Assembly (NCBI GenBank): GCA_964498585.1
Contig: CAZCHH010000001.1
Span: 35,513-99,512, forward strand
Direction of reading: 5' to 3'
Length of the DNA: 64,000 nucleotides
DNA from: an uncultured Hyphomicrobiales bacterium
Lineage (GTDB): Bacteria; Bacteroidota; Ignavibacteria; Kapaibacteriales; UBA2268
Shown: one piece after another, positions 41,582 through 50,995 of the stretch
How the letters are laid out: every line of letters begins with the position of its first letter
Numbering within the stretch: the first letter of the stretch is position 1
The notes under the pieces: generated by a model
Told to the model about the DNA's origin: nothing
The model's database searches: none
Seen by the model: the letters and a program-made list of their open reading frames with translations, nothing else
Made by a program: the position numbers and the translations under genes

Positions 41582-44500
41582 ATGACTTTAATAATTAGAA
41601 ATTTAATAAGTGTAATTGTAATGAGTTGCATTTCAGGTTTATTGTATGCTAACTCATTACATTTTTTAGAATATAGCATTAATGATTTTCCTGAAGTATC
41701 TGCAAAACTTTTCTATTTAAATTCAAATTCAGTTCCTATTCAAAATATGACAAAAGACGATTTTCAGATTAATAGTAATGGAATTAACATTGCTCCAACT
41801 AATATCATTGCACCAGAGCAAAATACTTATGAAAATCTATCTTTATTGATTTCAGTTGACTTAGCTTTAAATTCTAAAATGGGTGAGCAAACAAATATAG
41901 ATTTGGCAAGTGAATTTTTGGATAATTTAATAGAATTAATAGATTTCGAAAAAAATGAGTTAGCACTTACATCATTTGATTGGTTCAGTTATTTAAATAC
42001 TGAATATACTAACGAGAAACAAACAATAGATGAACAACTCTCATTATTAAAAGCAAGTAGTGGCTCAAGATTAGATGTTGGGCTACTTGATGACCCTGCG
42101 GGAGCTTTAAAAATTGCAGCAAATTCACAATTTAAAAGCAGTATTCTATTCATAACTGAAGGCGGAAACATATCAGGTTTAACAGAAGCAATTGAATTTG
42201 CAAAAAATAATGATATTGCAGTTAATGTGATTTCTTTTGAAAAAACAATTTCTTTGGATTTAAAGACTATAGCAGAAGAAACAGGTGGTTTTTATTTTGA
42301 TAATATAGTTAATCAATATAAAATGAGTAACTTTGCTGAGATTATTAAGAATTACTTATGGAATTATAAACCATTTACTATAAAATGGATAAGTGAGATA
42401 TTTTGCGATGATATTTATTCAAATACAATAAAAGCATTAAAAGATGATTTAAGTGTTGATTTTTCATTCATTGCTCCTTCAAGATTAAAGCCAATGCTTG
42501 TTTGCAATCCTAACTATTTACGATTCAGTGCTGTTCAACCTACACAGAGCAAAGAATTATTTGTTTATTTGAAAGCTCTAAATGGTGATATAGTAATAAA
42601 GAGATATACAACTGATGACATACGTTTTCAAGTATTAGAAGGTGCTTTAGCTCCGGGAGAAGAGGTTACGCTTAAAGATGGTGATAGTATAGAGATTTCG
42701 ATTGTTTATACTCCAAGCGATTCATCTGTAATTTTTTCTAAATTGAATATTAATTCTACTGCCTGCCTCGGAAATGAAATTATAATGACTGGCGGTTTCC
42801 CTAATACACCGCCATTAGAAAGGACATTAAATCTTGAATTTCCTAATTGTGCTGAAAAACTAATTGCTGGCGACAGTGCAAGAATTATTTGGAGTGGTTT
42901 GCTACCAGACGATATTATCCAACTTGAATGGTCAAAAGATGCAGGAGCTTCTTGGGATACACTTTCTATTGATGTTACCGGACTTGAATATCTATGGCAA
43001 GTCCCAGATGTTGAAAGCGATGAATGTCTAATTAGAGCTATTCAGCTATGGCCAAATAATATTGGCGAAACAAAGAATTTATATCATTCAGGTGCAGTTA
43101 ATTGCGCAAATTTCAATCCTAAAGATGGAAACTACATTGTTTCAGCAAGTAGTGATAAAATTGCAAGAGTCTGGAATTCTAATAGTGGAATAGAATTAAT
43201 GAAATTAAAAGGACATAGTAAATCTGTTGTTTGGGCAGAATTTAATCAGCAGGAAACTCAAATTGTAACTGCAAGCGAAGATTCAACTGCTAAACTATGG
43301 AGTTTCCCTGATGGTGATTTGATTAGAACATTTAAAAAGCATAATGACGTTGTTACATCAGCTGCATTTAGCCCCGATGGCTTATTGTTAGCAACTTCAA
43401 GCTGGGATGAAACTGTAATTATTTGGGAAATTAGTACTGGAAGAATAATTCATAATATTAACTGTCAACAGGGAAAACTTTGGCACGTAGCATTTAACAA
43501 ATTCGGCACTGAAATTATTACTGCCGGCAGTTCCGGGAAAGCTAAACTATGGAACGTAAATACTGGTGCATTAATTCAAGTTTATGATGCTAATAAAAGT
43601 AATGAAATAATTTCTTACGCTTCATTTTCTCCGGACGATAGCAGAATTGTTACAGCAAGCTGGTATGGAGTTGCTTCCGTCTGGGATAAAGCAAAAGCAG
43701 ACACAATTTTTACGATAACCCACAAAGACGAAAGCGGCGGTTTGATTCCTCTTTATAGTGCTGGCTTTTATACCCGTGCTAGTGAACTTGTATTACTTAC
43801 TTCCGGTATAGACCATGCCCGCATTTGGAATGGAAATACAGGTGAACTTAAAGCGGTACTCTCAGAGCATTTTAATTCTGTTCCTTTTGTTACTATGAAT
43901 TTTGATGGAAGCCGCATTCTTACTTCAAGTTGGGATAGCACTGCAAAAATTTGGAATCTCGATAAAAGAGACTTGCAAATGGATACTACAGATTGCCTTT
44001 TCAGCATAGTGAAACAGAAAGCAGAAGCATATTCATTCGACCTCGGTTCTGTTCAGGTTAATACTGCTTTTGATACTACTCTTAACGTTTTTTTAGAAAA
44101 CTTATCTTCTTTTGCCTATCCAATAAAAAGTATAAGAATCGAAGGTACTAATGCTAATGAATTCCAGATTTTAAAAATAGAAAATGCAAATATGCTTGAC
44201 TCTTTAGAGAAGAAAGGAGTAAAAATAAGATTTACACCTCTTCAGAGTGGCGAAAGAAGTTGCTATATAGAAATTGTGTTCTCTCAATTCTCTTTGAAAG
44301 CAGAAATTAAAGCTGATGCTTATAATTTACCATTATATATAAAAAATAGCAGAATTAATTTCGGTACTGTTGAACTTGGGGAGTTTAAAGATACATTAAT
44401 TACTGCTGCTATTAAAAATATAAGTATAAAGAGTATTACTTGTTCTTCAATCAAATTAAAAGGCCCAGACGATAACCATTTTGACATACTTTATTCATTT

Positions 44501-45331
44501 GAGCCATTTACTCTCCTGCCTAATGAAGAAAAGGATATTACTTTTCGATTTAATCCAGAATCAATCGGTAGGAAAAATGGTGTTATTTCTTTTATTCATA
44601 ATGCTGATGGTGGCGAAAGTATGCTTTACTTGTATGGCGAAGGAATTGAACCATCAATTGATACTGTTTCTATTTCAATCGGTGAATGTAGTGCTGCCCC
44701 CGGTGATATTATTAATATTCCTGTATCATTTAAAAAACATAGCCAAAATGTACTATCTGAAAATTTTAAATCAATAAAAGCTGAATTGTCCTTTAATGCA
44801 AGCTTACTTGAACCATTAAGCGAAATTCAGAAAGATATAATTGTTAATAATGTTCGTACTATTACTCTTGATATTCCAGTAAGCAATGAAGATTATAATT
44901 ATGAAATAAAATTCAAAGCTGCTCTTGGAAATGATACTTTGTCAGTTTTAAAATTAAACAATGTTTTTCCTGTTGCAAATACAAAAGTCGTTATCAATTT
45001 TGAAAGTGGTATCTTTTATTTAACTGATTTGTGTAAAGAAGGTGGAATTAGATTGTTTGATGCCAATAACAGACTTAATCTTTCTCAAAATAAACCTAAT
45101 CCTTTTGAAAATGAAACTTCGATTGATTTTGAAATACTCGAAGAAGGAATTTATTCACTTATTATTTTAGACGAAACAGGCAAAACTATAAAAACAATTT
45201 TTGAGCAAAAATTAGCACCGGCTAAATATTCCTTTAATATAAACTGTTACGATTTGCCTTCTGGTTCTTTCTTTTATATGCTAAAAACACCATCACAAAT
45301 GGTTTTAAAAAGAATGGTTATTTCGAAATAA
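41582..45331 (+). CDS. Large secreted protein: N-terminal vWA-like domain, a WD40 beta-propeller block (at least 7 repeats), Ig-like/beta-sandwich region, and a T9SS C-terminal sorting domain.
   Basis: WD40 units such as HSGAVNCANFNPKDGNYIVSASSDKIARVWN and GHSKSVVWAEFNQQETQIVTASEDSTAKLWS; vWA-like ILFITEGGNI...AVNVISFE; C-terminal ..KPNPFENETSIDFEILEEGIYSLIILDETGK. Confidence 0.65.
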   Translation: MTLIIRNLISVIVMSCISGLLYANSLHFLEYSINDFPEVSAKLFYLNSNSVPIQNMTKDDFQINSNGINIAPTNIIAPEQNTYENLSLLISVDLALNSKMGEQTNIDLASEFLDNLIELIDFEKNELALTSFDWFSYLNTEYTNEKQTIDEQLSLLKASSGSRLDVGLLDDPAGALKIAANSQFKSSILFITEGGNISGLTEAIEFAKNNDIAVNVISFEKTISLDLKTIAEETGGFYFDNIVNQYKMSNFAEIIKNYLWNYKPFTIKWISEIFCDDIYSNTIKALKDDLSVDFSFIAPSRLKPMLVCNPNYLRFSAVQPTQSKELFVYLKALNGDIVIKRYTTDDIRFQVLEGALAPGEEVTLKDGDSIEISIVYTPSDSSVIFSKLNINSTACLGNEIIMTGGFPNTPPLERTLNLEFPNCAEKLIAGDSARIIWSGLLPDDIIQLEWSKDAGASWDTLSIDVTGLEYLWQVPDVESDECLIRAIQLWPNNIGETKNLYHSGAVNCANFNPKDGNYIVSASSDKIARVWNSNSGIELMKLKGHSKSVVWAEFNQQETQIVTASEDSTAKLWSFPDGDLIRTFKKHNDVVTSAAFSPDGLLLATSSWDETVIIWEISTGRIIHNINCQQGKLWHVAFNKFGTEIITAGSSGKAKLWNVNTGALIQVYDANKSNEIISYASFSPDDSRIVTASWYGVASVWDKAKADTIFTITHKDESGGLIPLYSAGFYTRASELVLLTSGIDHARIWNGNTGELKAVLSEHFNSVPFVTMNFDGSRILTSSWDSTAKIWNLDKRDLQMDTTDCLFSIVKQKAEAYSFDLGSVQVNTAFDTTLNVFLENLSSFAYPIKSIRIEGTNANEFQILKIENANMLDSLEKKGVKIRFTPLQSGERSCYIEIVFSQFSLKAEIKADAYNLPLYIKNSRINFGTVELGEFKDTLITAAIKNISIKSITCSSIKLKGPDDNHFDILYSFEPFTLLPNEEKDITFRFNPESIGRKNGVISFIHNADGGESMLYLYGEGIEPSIDTVSISIGECSAAPGDIINIPVSFKKHSQNVLSENFKSIKAELSFNASLLEPLSEIQKDIIVNNVRTITLDIPVSNEDYNYEIKFKAALGNDTLSVLKLNNVFPVANTKVVINFESGIFYLTDLCKEGGIRLFDANNRLNLSQNKPNPFENETSIDFEILEEGIYSLIILDETGKTIKTIFEQKLAPAKYSFNINCYDLPSGSFFYMLKTPSQMVLKRMVISK

Positions 45332-45348
45332 AATAATAAAATATAAAC

Positions 45349-46191
45349 CTAATTTGGATTTATTGTTCCATAGTCATTAAGCATCAATAGATTATATAAT
45401 TTATTTTCTAAATAAAATTTTTTTTCAGTTAATACATTAATACCATCTCTATATTTTGCAACTTCGTCCGCAAGAAGATTTGCATCAGTAAGAATAGGAA
45501 TTAATGTACACGGATAACTGTTTTTTAACTCTGAAATTTCTTTATTTATAATTGAAATTATTTCCTTAATACGACTAATTTCTCCTTGCAGTTGCTCTTC
45601 ATTTAACTCATTGTCATTCTTTATAAAATCAATAGTAGAATAAATTTTCTTTATTTCAATTATTTTTCCTTCTTTAAAGAAACTGACTATTTCATTCCAG
45701 GTATTTTCCAAATAATCCGATTGCTCAAATTGTAAATCTGGGTAAATATACTCAACTAACTTAGGAAAAATCTTATGCACCTCTTCGCTATCTTTAGCAG
45801 AAAGTAAATTTCCTATACGTGAATTAGAATTATTTATAATTTCTTCGAAATCAGTTATAATCTTTTCTTTTTCGCTCATTTCTTTTTTAATGATTTCATC
45901 AACAAAAGCTAAATTATAATAAGCAGCTCCATTTGGAGTATTTTTAATAAAGTCAATTTTGCACTCCAAAAAATCTACTTCATATTCTTTTTTTTGAAAA
46001 TCAAGAAGAAGCAGACCTAATTCACTTAAATAGTATGCTTCTAAATTTTGCTTATAAGTATTTTCTAAAAAAAACTTTTCAGAAAATACGTCAGCAAATT
46101 CATTCTTTATTTCATTATATTTGTTAATTAAATCAAAATCAGACGTATTGCCAATCTTTCCATTTTTCAGATGTTCTTCAACTGCACACAT
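45349..46191 (-). CDS. Hypothetical cytoplasmic protein (280 aa, charged and coiled-coil-like, no recognisable domain).
   Basis: Intact ORF with good coding periodicity; no family recognised by eye. Confidence 0.45.
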   Translation of the reverse strand: MCAVEEHLKNGKIGNTSDFDLINKYNEIKNEFADVFSEKFFLENTYKQNLEAYYLSELGLLLLDFQKKEYEVDFLECKIDFIKNTPNGAAYYNLAFVDEIIKKEMSEKEKIITDFEEIINNSNSRIGNLLSAKDSEEVHKIFPKLVEYIYPDLQFEQSDYLENTWNEIVSFFKEGKIIEIKKIYSTIDFIKNDNELNEEQLQGEISRIKEIISIINKEISELKNSYPCTLIPILTDANLLADEVAKYRDGINVLTEKKFYLENKLYNLLMLNDYGTINPN

Positions 46192-46337
46192 AATTCAAAT
46201 ATTTTAAAATTAAAAAAATACCACTAAAACACAAAATTATTTTATTTTGACATATAAGTTGAACTCCTAATCCTAAAAAATAAAAAGGTTAGGAGATTTA
46301 TCTCTTAAAGTATTACACGCAATTTATCCAAAAAAGT

Positions 46338-46763
46338 ATGTCATTCTGAACCCCCTGATAAAGCAAGTGCTTCATTTAAATGGAGATGACATTACTAATG
46401 CGTCATTCTGACGAATGTCAGAATCCATCTTATAATTGTGCAGTTGCTTTTCTATATTAGATATTTCAAAGAAGCATTTGGGCTTGCCCAAATGTATCGT
46501 GAGCAATTTCACTTGCTTTCCCAAGATGGATTCTGGCATACACCAGAATGACAAGAAAAGATGTCATTGGCAACCCCAAGATGGAATCTGGCATACACAG
46601 GAATGACAAGAAAAGATGTCATTGGCAACGAAGTGAATAATCCAGAGGATAGTTGTTTAAAGAAATTTTTCTGGATTCTTCGCTGCGCTCAAAATGACAG
46701 TGTTAATTTATGCCATCTCCATTAAATGAAGTACTTGCTTTATCAGGGGGTTCGGAATGACAT
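46338..46763. mobile_element. Complete non-autonomous MITE-like element (~426 bp): ~54-bp terminal inverted repeats (~93 percent identical, left 46338..46392, right 46710..46763) enclosing nested hairpin and direct-repeat modules and no ORF of note.
   Basis: Left TIR atgtcattctgaaccccctgataaagcaagtgcttcatttaaatggagatgacat vs the reverse complement of the right TIR atgtcattccgaaccccctgataaagcaagtacttcatttaatggagatggcat. The interior has a 2x tandem (aagatgg[a]attctggcataca.c.ggaatgacaagaaaagatgtcattggcaac) and the atccagaggatag..ctggattcttc hairpin module. Confidence 0.7.
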
Positions 46764-46949
46764 AAGATAATAAGTCTTTTAACGAATTAATACACAATTA
46801 AAATATTTTTGTCATGCTGTCAACTTGCTGATAGTATGACTATAAGAGAACGTATCAACCATCGGGTTAATCCGATGGTTGAATAGATTCTTCACTACAA
46901 TTGAGAATGATTATATTAATATAAATAATATATTTGTAAAAGCACTACA

Positions 46950-47672
46950 CTAAAAATTTGGATACCATACAATTCCGGCTCTTGGCATTGAGAAGAACGA
47001 AGATACTGGAGCTGTGCTTATATTCTCGTCAGGGAAATATGGGTCAAATTTGGTATAATATGCAACATCAGTTTTTCCAAGAATAAAATTAAGCCGCCAT
47101 TCTAAAACTATATTGAAAAGTCCGGCACCTTCTATTGGAAAGTTAGTTATCAGCCCTAATCCGGTATTTATAGCAAACCTATTGGAATTATCTTCGCGAA
47201 TACTACCTTGATTGAAAGAATTAAGAATCAAAGAAACACCAGTAACTCCGAAGAAATTGATTTTGCTGTTTGGATTAGGAATCCATTTGCCTGCCAATTC
47301 AAATGTATGGTGAATATTAGGACCCATTACTAATTCCTGTCTTTCTTTAGATTTTTTATTCTTTGAATATAAATAACTTAATTCAACGATTACATAATCT
47401 TCTGGTGAATATGATACAGCTCCACCATAAGTAAAAATTCCGTCATAAGAAATATCCTGCTCACCGACATTTTTATAGTAAGTATCAACTATTGTATTTG
47501 TTGAAAAATATGGTCCAAATCCTATGAACTTTGTATAAGGATTGTAGAATTCTTCTTCATCTTCGTAATACTCTTCTACTTCAGTTTGAGCAAAAGAAGT
47601 AAAAGGAATTACAAAAAAAATCAATAAAATTGATAATATTTTAAACAAATTCTTTGCGTTCTGTGAAGTCAT
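46950..47672 (-). CDS. Nested candidate: small OMP beta-barrel protein translated from the internal in-frame ATG at 47672 (MTSQNAKNLFKILSILLIFFVIPFTSFAQ... as a complete signal peptide).
   Basis: The internal Met starts a textbook signal peptide (basic n-region, h-region, AXA-like site) and the domain ends with a C-terminal Phe. Confidence 0.4.
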   Translation of the reverse strand: MTSQNAKNLFKILSILLIFFVIPFTSFAQTEVEEYYEDEEEFYNPYTKFIGFGPYFSTNTIVDTYYKNVGEQDISYDGIFTYGGAVSYSPEDYVIVELSYLYSKNKKSKERQELVMGPNIHHTFELAGKWIPNPNSKINFFGVTGVSLILNSFNQGSIREDNSNRFAINTGLGLITNFPIEGAGLFNIVLEWRLNFILGKTDVAYYTKFDPYFPDENISTAPVSSFFSMPRAGIVWYPNF

Positions 47673-48392
47673 CTTGATTACCTCTTCTATTGGTTCTAAC
47701 TTAATTTCTGATATTTTTTTTGCTATATAAAGAAGATTAGCCGGTTCATTCCGTTTTCCACGTAACGGAACTGGTGCAATGTATGGCGAATCTGTTTCAA
47801 GCATAATTCTTTCAAGTGGTGTTTTTTCAACTACCTCAACTAAATGTGTCTTTTTAAAAGTAATATTCCCAGTAAAAGAAATATTGAAGCCAAGTGAAAC
47901 CGCAGCTTCCATCGTTTTTACATCTGAAGAAAAGCAGTGCAAAACTCCTTTTAAAGTTCCGTCTTGCTCTTTTTCTAAAAGAGTCAAAACATCTTCATCT
48001 GCTTCACGATTATGCACTATAACTGGCAGATTATTCCTTTTTGCTATTCTTATTTGCTCAATGAAAGCGTTGATTTGTACATCCTTTGGAGCAAAATCAT
48101 AATAATAATCCAACCCAATTTCTCCTATTGCAACAATATTTTTGCTTTTGCATAATTTTTCAACTCTTTCAAGAGTGCATTCATTTACTTCCAAAGCATT
48201 GTGAGGGTGAATTCCCATTCCACCACAAAGACGTTCATTACTCTCAATTATTGCTAATTGGTTATCGAAGTTTTTCGGCTCTATTGCTGGAATTAGAATT
48301 GCTTCCAATCCGGAATCGAATGCCCTTTGCAGCATTAAATCTCTATCTTCGTTAAATGCTTCTGTATCTATATGAGCGTGTGTATCTATCAT
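46950..48392 (-). CDS. In-frame fusion ORF: TatD-family metal-dependent hydrolase/DNase (aa ~1-240 from the ATG at 48392) continuing without a stop into a signal-peptide-bearing outer-membrane beta-barrel domain. The TTG-extended ORF runs to 48440.
   Basis: N-terminus MIDTHAHIDTEAF..., HNREADEDVL, internal VLHCFSSD, and a TatD end ..TSQNAKNLFKI. This is immediately followed by a hydrophobic h-region and AQ-TE cleavage-like site, then a ~220-aa beta-strand-rich domain ending in ..VWYPNF. Confidence 0.7.
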   Translation of the reverse strand: MIDTHAHIDTEAFNEDRDLMLQRAFDSGLEAILIPAIEPKNFDNQLAIIESNERLCGGMGIHPHNALEVNECTLERVEKLCKSKNIVAIGEIGLDYYYDFAPKDVQINAFIEQIRIAKRNNLPVIVHNREADEDVLTLLEKEQDGTLKGVLHCFSSDVKTMEAAVSLGFNISFTGNITFKKTHLVEVVEKTPLERIMLETDSPYIAPVPLRGKRNEPANLLYIAKKISEIKLEPIEEVIKMTSQNAKNLFKILSILLIFFVIPFTSFAQTEVEEYYEDEEEFYNPYTKFIGFGPYFSTNTIVDTYYKNVGEQDISYDGIFTYGGAVSYSPEDYVIVELSYLYSKNKKSKERQELVMGPNIHHTFELAGKWIPNPNSKINFFGVTGVSLILNSFNQGSIREDNSNRFAINTGLGLITNFPIEGAGLFNIVLEWRLNFILGKTDVAYYTKFDPYFPDENISTAPVSSFFSMPRAGIVWYPNF

Positions 48393-48402
48393 TTTTCTAA
48401 TT

Positions 48403-48597
48403 CTATAATTCTTTATTTTTATTCCCCTCAACCATATCAACTATTTTCTTTCCTAATTCTACCATTTCGTTTACATCAAAAACTGTCCAACGCGTTTCTT
48501 CATTTCCATATAAATTCAAATATTTTTCGATTAATTCCTTCATTTCATTCGATTTTTCTGAGTTTAATTCGATTTTCATTGAGTTATTCTCCAACAA
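48403..48597 (-). CDS. Small acidic hypothetical protein (64 aa) between the BNR gene and the tatD-like gene.
   Basis: ORF only; overlaps the upstream gene end by 14 nt; no family recognised. Confidence 0.25.
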   Translation of the reverse strand: MLENNSMKIELNSEKSNEMKELIEKYLNLYGNEETRWTVFDVNEMVELGKKIVDMVEGNKNKEL

Positions 48598-49969
48598 AGA
48601 TTAGTTTTTCACTAATACTTGCTTGATTTGTTCTTATAGATAAGAAATATACTCCATTTGAAATTGAATTTGGCAACCAGTTAAATTGTTGCTGTCCTTC
48701 ACTTGTAAAAATATTTGCATTTGAAAAAACTATATTTCCCAAACTATTCCTAATTTCAAAAGAAATATTTTGAGCTATTGGATTGTTCCAAATAATATTA
48801 ACTTGCTTTGAAAATGGCTGGGGGTAAATTTTTTCAATAAATAAATCATTAGAAATTAAATTATTACTTTTAACGTCAGTAACAATTCTATTGGATTTAT
48901 AAAGTCCATCGCCTTGCGTTCCGGCAAAAACAATAAAGCTGTGGCTAACAACCTCCCAATTAGGTATAGTAACAGTAGTAACAGGGAATTCAGTTGGTAG
49001 TCCTGTGCTGTGGTTTTCCCATTGTGAATTGTTTTTTCCTTTAATAAAAACACCAGCTTTCCCGCAGGCAGCGGCGTAGTATCCCGGCACAGAAGGATGC
49101 TCAACGATTGAAAATACATTTTGATTGTTAGCAGCAACTAATTTCCAGGTTTTGCCATAATCCTCTGATTTATAAATTCCAGCTCCAAATACATCACCGG
49201 CAGCAGTAATTGAATCTGCACCGCAATAAATAAGATTTTCACTTTCTTTTGAAGCTAAAACGCAATTAATTCTTTTCCCTTCTAAACCGGAAGAATCTTT
49301 TAGCCAGTTTGCACCACCATCGATTGAGCGATATACTCCACTTGAAAAAGGATGAATATTCCCATTATCAGCAGCCACATACAAATAGCCATTAAAGCTT
49401 GAAACAGCAATATCGCGTGCCTGAAATTTTAAATTGGTTAATTCAGTGCAGTTTTCAAAATTATTTTCAGTTTTAATTACTCCGTTATTTGTGTTTAAAG
49501 CAGCAGCATATAAAATTAAAGGATTACTCTTATCTTGCACGATTTTCATAATCTGTCGGCTGCCAGGACACATCATAGGTATTCCATACCAGTTTACTCC
49601 GTTATCCAAAGAATAAGCAATTCCACCATTACTTAACTTTCGGGCAGATGCGAGAATAAGTCCGGCAGTTGCTTCTACTTCAAATATATTATAAATAGCA
49701 AATTGGTCAAGTTGCAGATTTGAAAATGTTTTTCCACTGTCATTGCTAATTAGCATTCCGTTACCAATAATAGGAAAAGTAATATTAAGAGCAGAATAAT
49801 CTGTTTCAATTGAATTTGATGCAACATATAACTTTGCAGGGTCGCTTTTAACCTGATATATTGTATTTATATAGTTTGAAAAGCCATCAATTTTGTTCCA
49901 CTCCTGTGCAAACAAATTACTAACAAGAAAGACAATTAATAAAACCGAGTAAATTATTGATTTTTTCAT
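48584..49969 (-). CDS. Secreted BNR/Asp-box repeat protein with a T9SS C-terminal sorting domain.
   Basis: Asp-boxes SNDSGKTF, SLDNGVNW, SIDGGANW, SEDYGKTW; signal peptide; C-terminal IYPQPFSKQVNIIW...LIFVGE. Confidence 0.75.
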   Translation of the reverse strand: MKKSIIYSVLLIVFLVSNLFAQEWNKIDGFSNYINTIYQVKSDPAKLYVASNSIETDYSALNITFPIIGNGMLISNDSGKTFSNLQLDQFAIYNIFEVEATAGLILASARKLSNGGIAYSLDNGVNWYGIPMMCPGSRQIMKIVQDKSNPLILYAAALNTNNGVIKTENNFENCTELTNLKFQARDIAVSSFNGYLYVAADNGNIHPFSSGVYRSIDGGANWLKDSSGLEGKRINCVLASKESENLIYCGADSITAAGDVFGAGIYKSEDYGKTWKLVAANNQNVFSIVEHPSVPGYYAAACGKAGVFIKGKNNSQWENHSTGLPTEFPVTTVTIPNWEVVSHSFIVFAGTQGDGLYKSNRIVTDVKSNNLISNDLFIEKIYPQPFSKQVNIIWNNPIAQNISFEIRNSLGNIVFSNANIFTSEGQQQFNWLPNSISNGVYFLSIRTNQASISEKLIFVGE

Positions 49970-50084
49970 TTAGATTACCATTTATTTAATTAAACATTAT
50001 TTTTCTAAATTAAGTTGCAAGAAAAACGTCATTAAAAAAAAGACTATTTAATAAAAAGATAGTAAAAACACAAATTTTTTTGAT

Positions 50085-50735
50085 ATGCAGCCAAAAGAAA
50101 TATTAGAAATTATTAGTGGCGGAGAAAGTTCAAAAGTAGAATTTAAACGGAAAATCTCTTCTGAATTAAAAATTGCAAAGGAAATAGCTGCTTTTGCAAA
50201 TACTCTTGGGGGCTGGCTTTTCCTTGGTGTCGATGATGACGGAACAGTAGTTGGAGTGGAAAGCGAAAAGGCAGATGTAAACGAAATTAAAAAAATTTGT
50301 GAATTTTTTATTAATCCTCCAGTTGAACCTAAAATTGAAATTATTCATATTTTTAAATTAGATATAATTGCAATTTATATTGAAAAAAGTAATCTGAGAC
50401 CTCATAAAATAAAATCAGACCCAGATGAAAAAAACTCTAAAAGCATAACATATATTAGAGTAGGTGCTAAATGCGTTGTAGCTAGCAGTGAATTTACCAA
50501 AGTTCTTGCCGGGCAGAATATAAACTCAAAACCCATAACAATCAGTATTGGCGATAGAGAAAAGCGACTTTTTAATTACCTTGAAAACTACGAAAGAGCA
50601 ACTGTGAAAGATTTTGCGAGATTAGTCAATATCTCAAAAAGACGTGCTGAGCGCATTTTGGTGCAGCTTGTTCGGGCTGGCGTTCTTCAAATCCATATTG
50701 ATTCTGAAGAAGATTATTTTACTTATATAAACTGA
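50085..50735 (+). CDS. Putative regulator with an AlbA_2 / Schlafen-like (divergent AAA, putative DNA-binding) domain and a C-terminal winged-helix HTH.
   Basis: EILEIISGGESSKVEFKRKISSELKIAKEIAAFANTLGGWLFLGVDDDGTVVGVE fits the AlbA_2 signature (E.s.vEFK....i.k.icAFaNt.GG.l.iGv.d.G.v.G); C-terminal ..FARLVNISKRRAERILVQLVRAGVL. Confidence 0.55.
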   Translation: MQPKEILEIISGGESSKVEFKRKISSELKIAKEIAAFANTLGGWLFLGVDDDGTVVGVESEKADVNEIKKICEFFINPPVEPKIEIIHIFKLDIIAIYIEKSNLRPHKIKSDPDEKNSKSITYIRVGAKCVVASSEFTKVLAGQNINSKPITISIGDREKRLFNYLENYERATVKDFARLVNISKRRAERILVQLVRAGVLQIHIDSEEDYFTYIN

Positions 50736-50995
50736 AAATTATATTATTATTAATTTTAATTCAAAAAACAAATCAAATCAACTTAGCATTTCATTTAAAA
50801 GGTGAAAAGAAAGCCAACAATATCAAAGAGGCTGAAGCTTTGAAGCAACAAATAACTTATACATTTTTATAAATTCTTTTTTACAAATAGAAAATGAATT
50901 GAGTTTAATCATATTTTTTTTGTAAAAAAAATATATGATTTATGATTTTTTATTATTTTTGTAACTTACTTTTTTTTAAACTATAAAGTAATTTT

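Noticed and set aside
46372-46554. ORF 46372..46554 inside the MITE-like element.
   Set aside because: It spans the hairpin and direct-repeat modules and is not conserved as coding in the truncated copy at 38245..38456.
46845-46885. tRNA-like T-arm impression at caaccatcgggttaatccgatggttg.
   Set aside because: The stem is 10 bp and the loop 8 nt; no acceptor, D or anticodon arms are nearby. It is a simple palindrome, not a tRNA.
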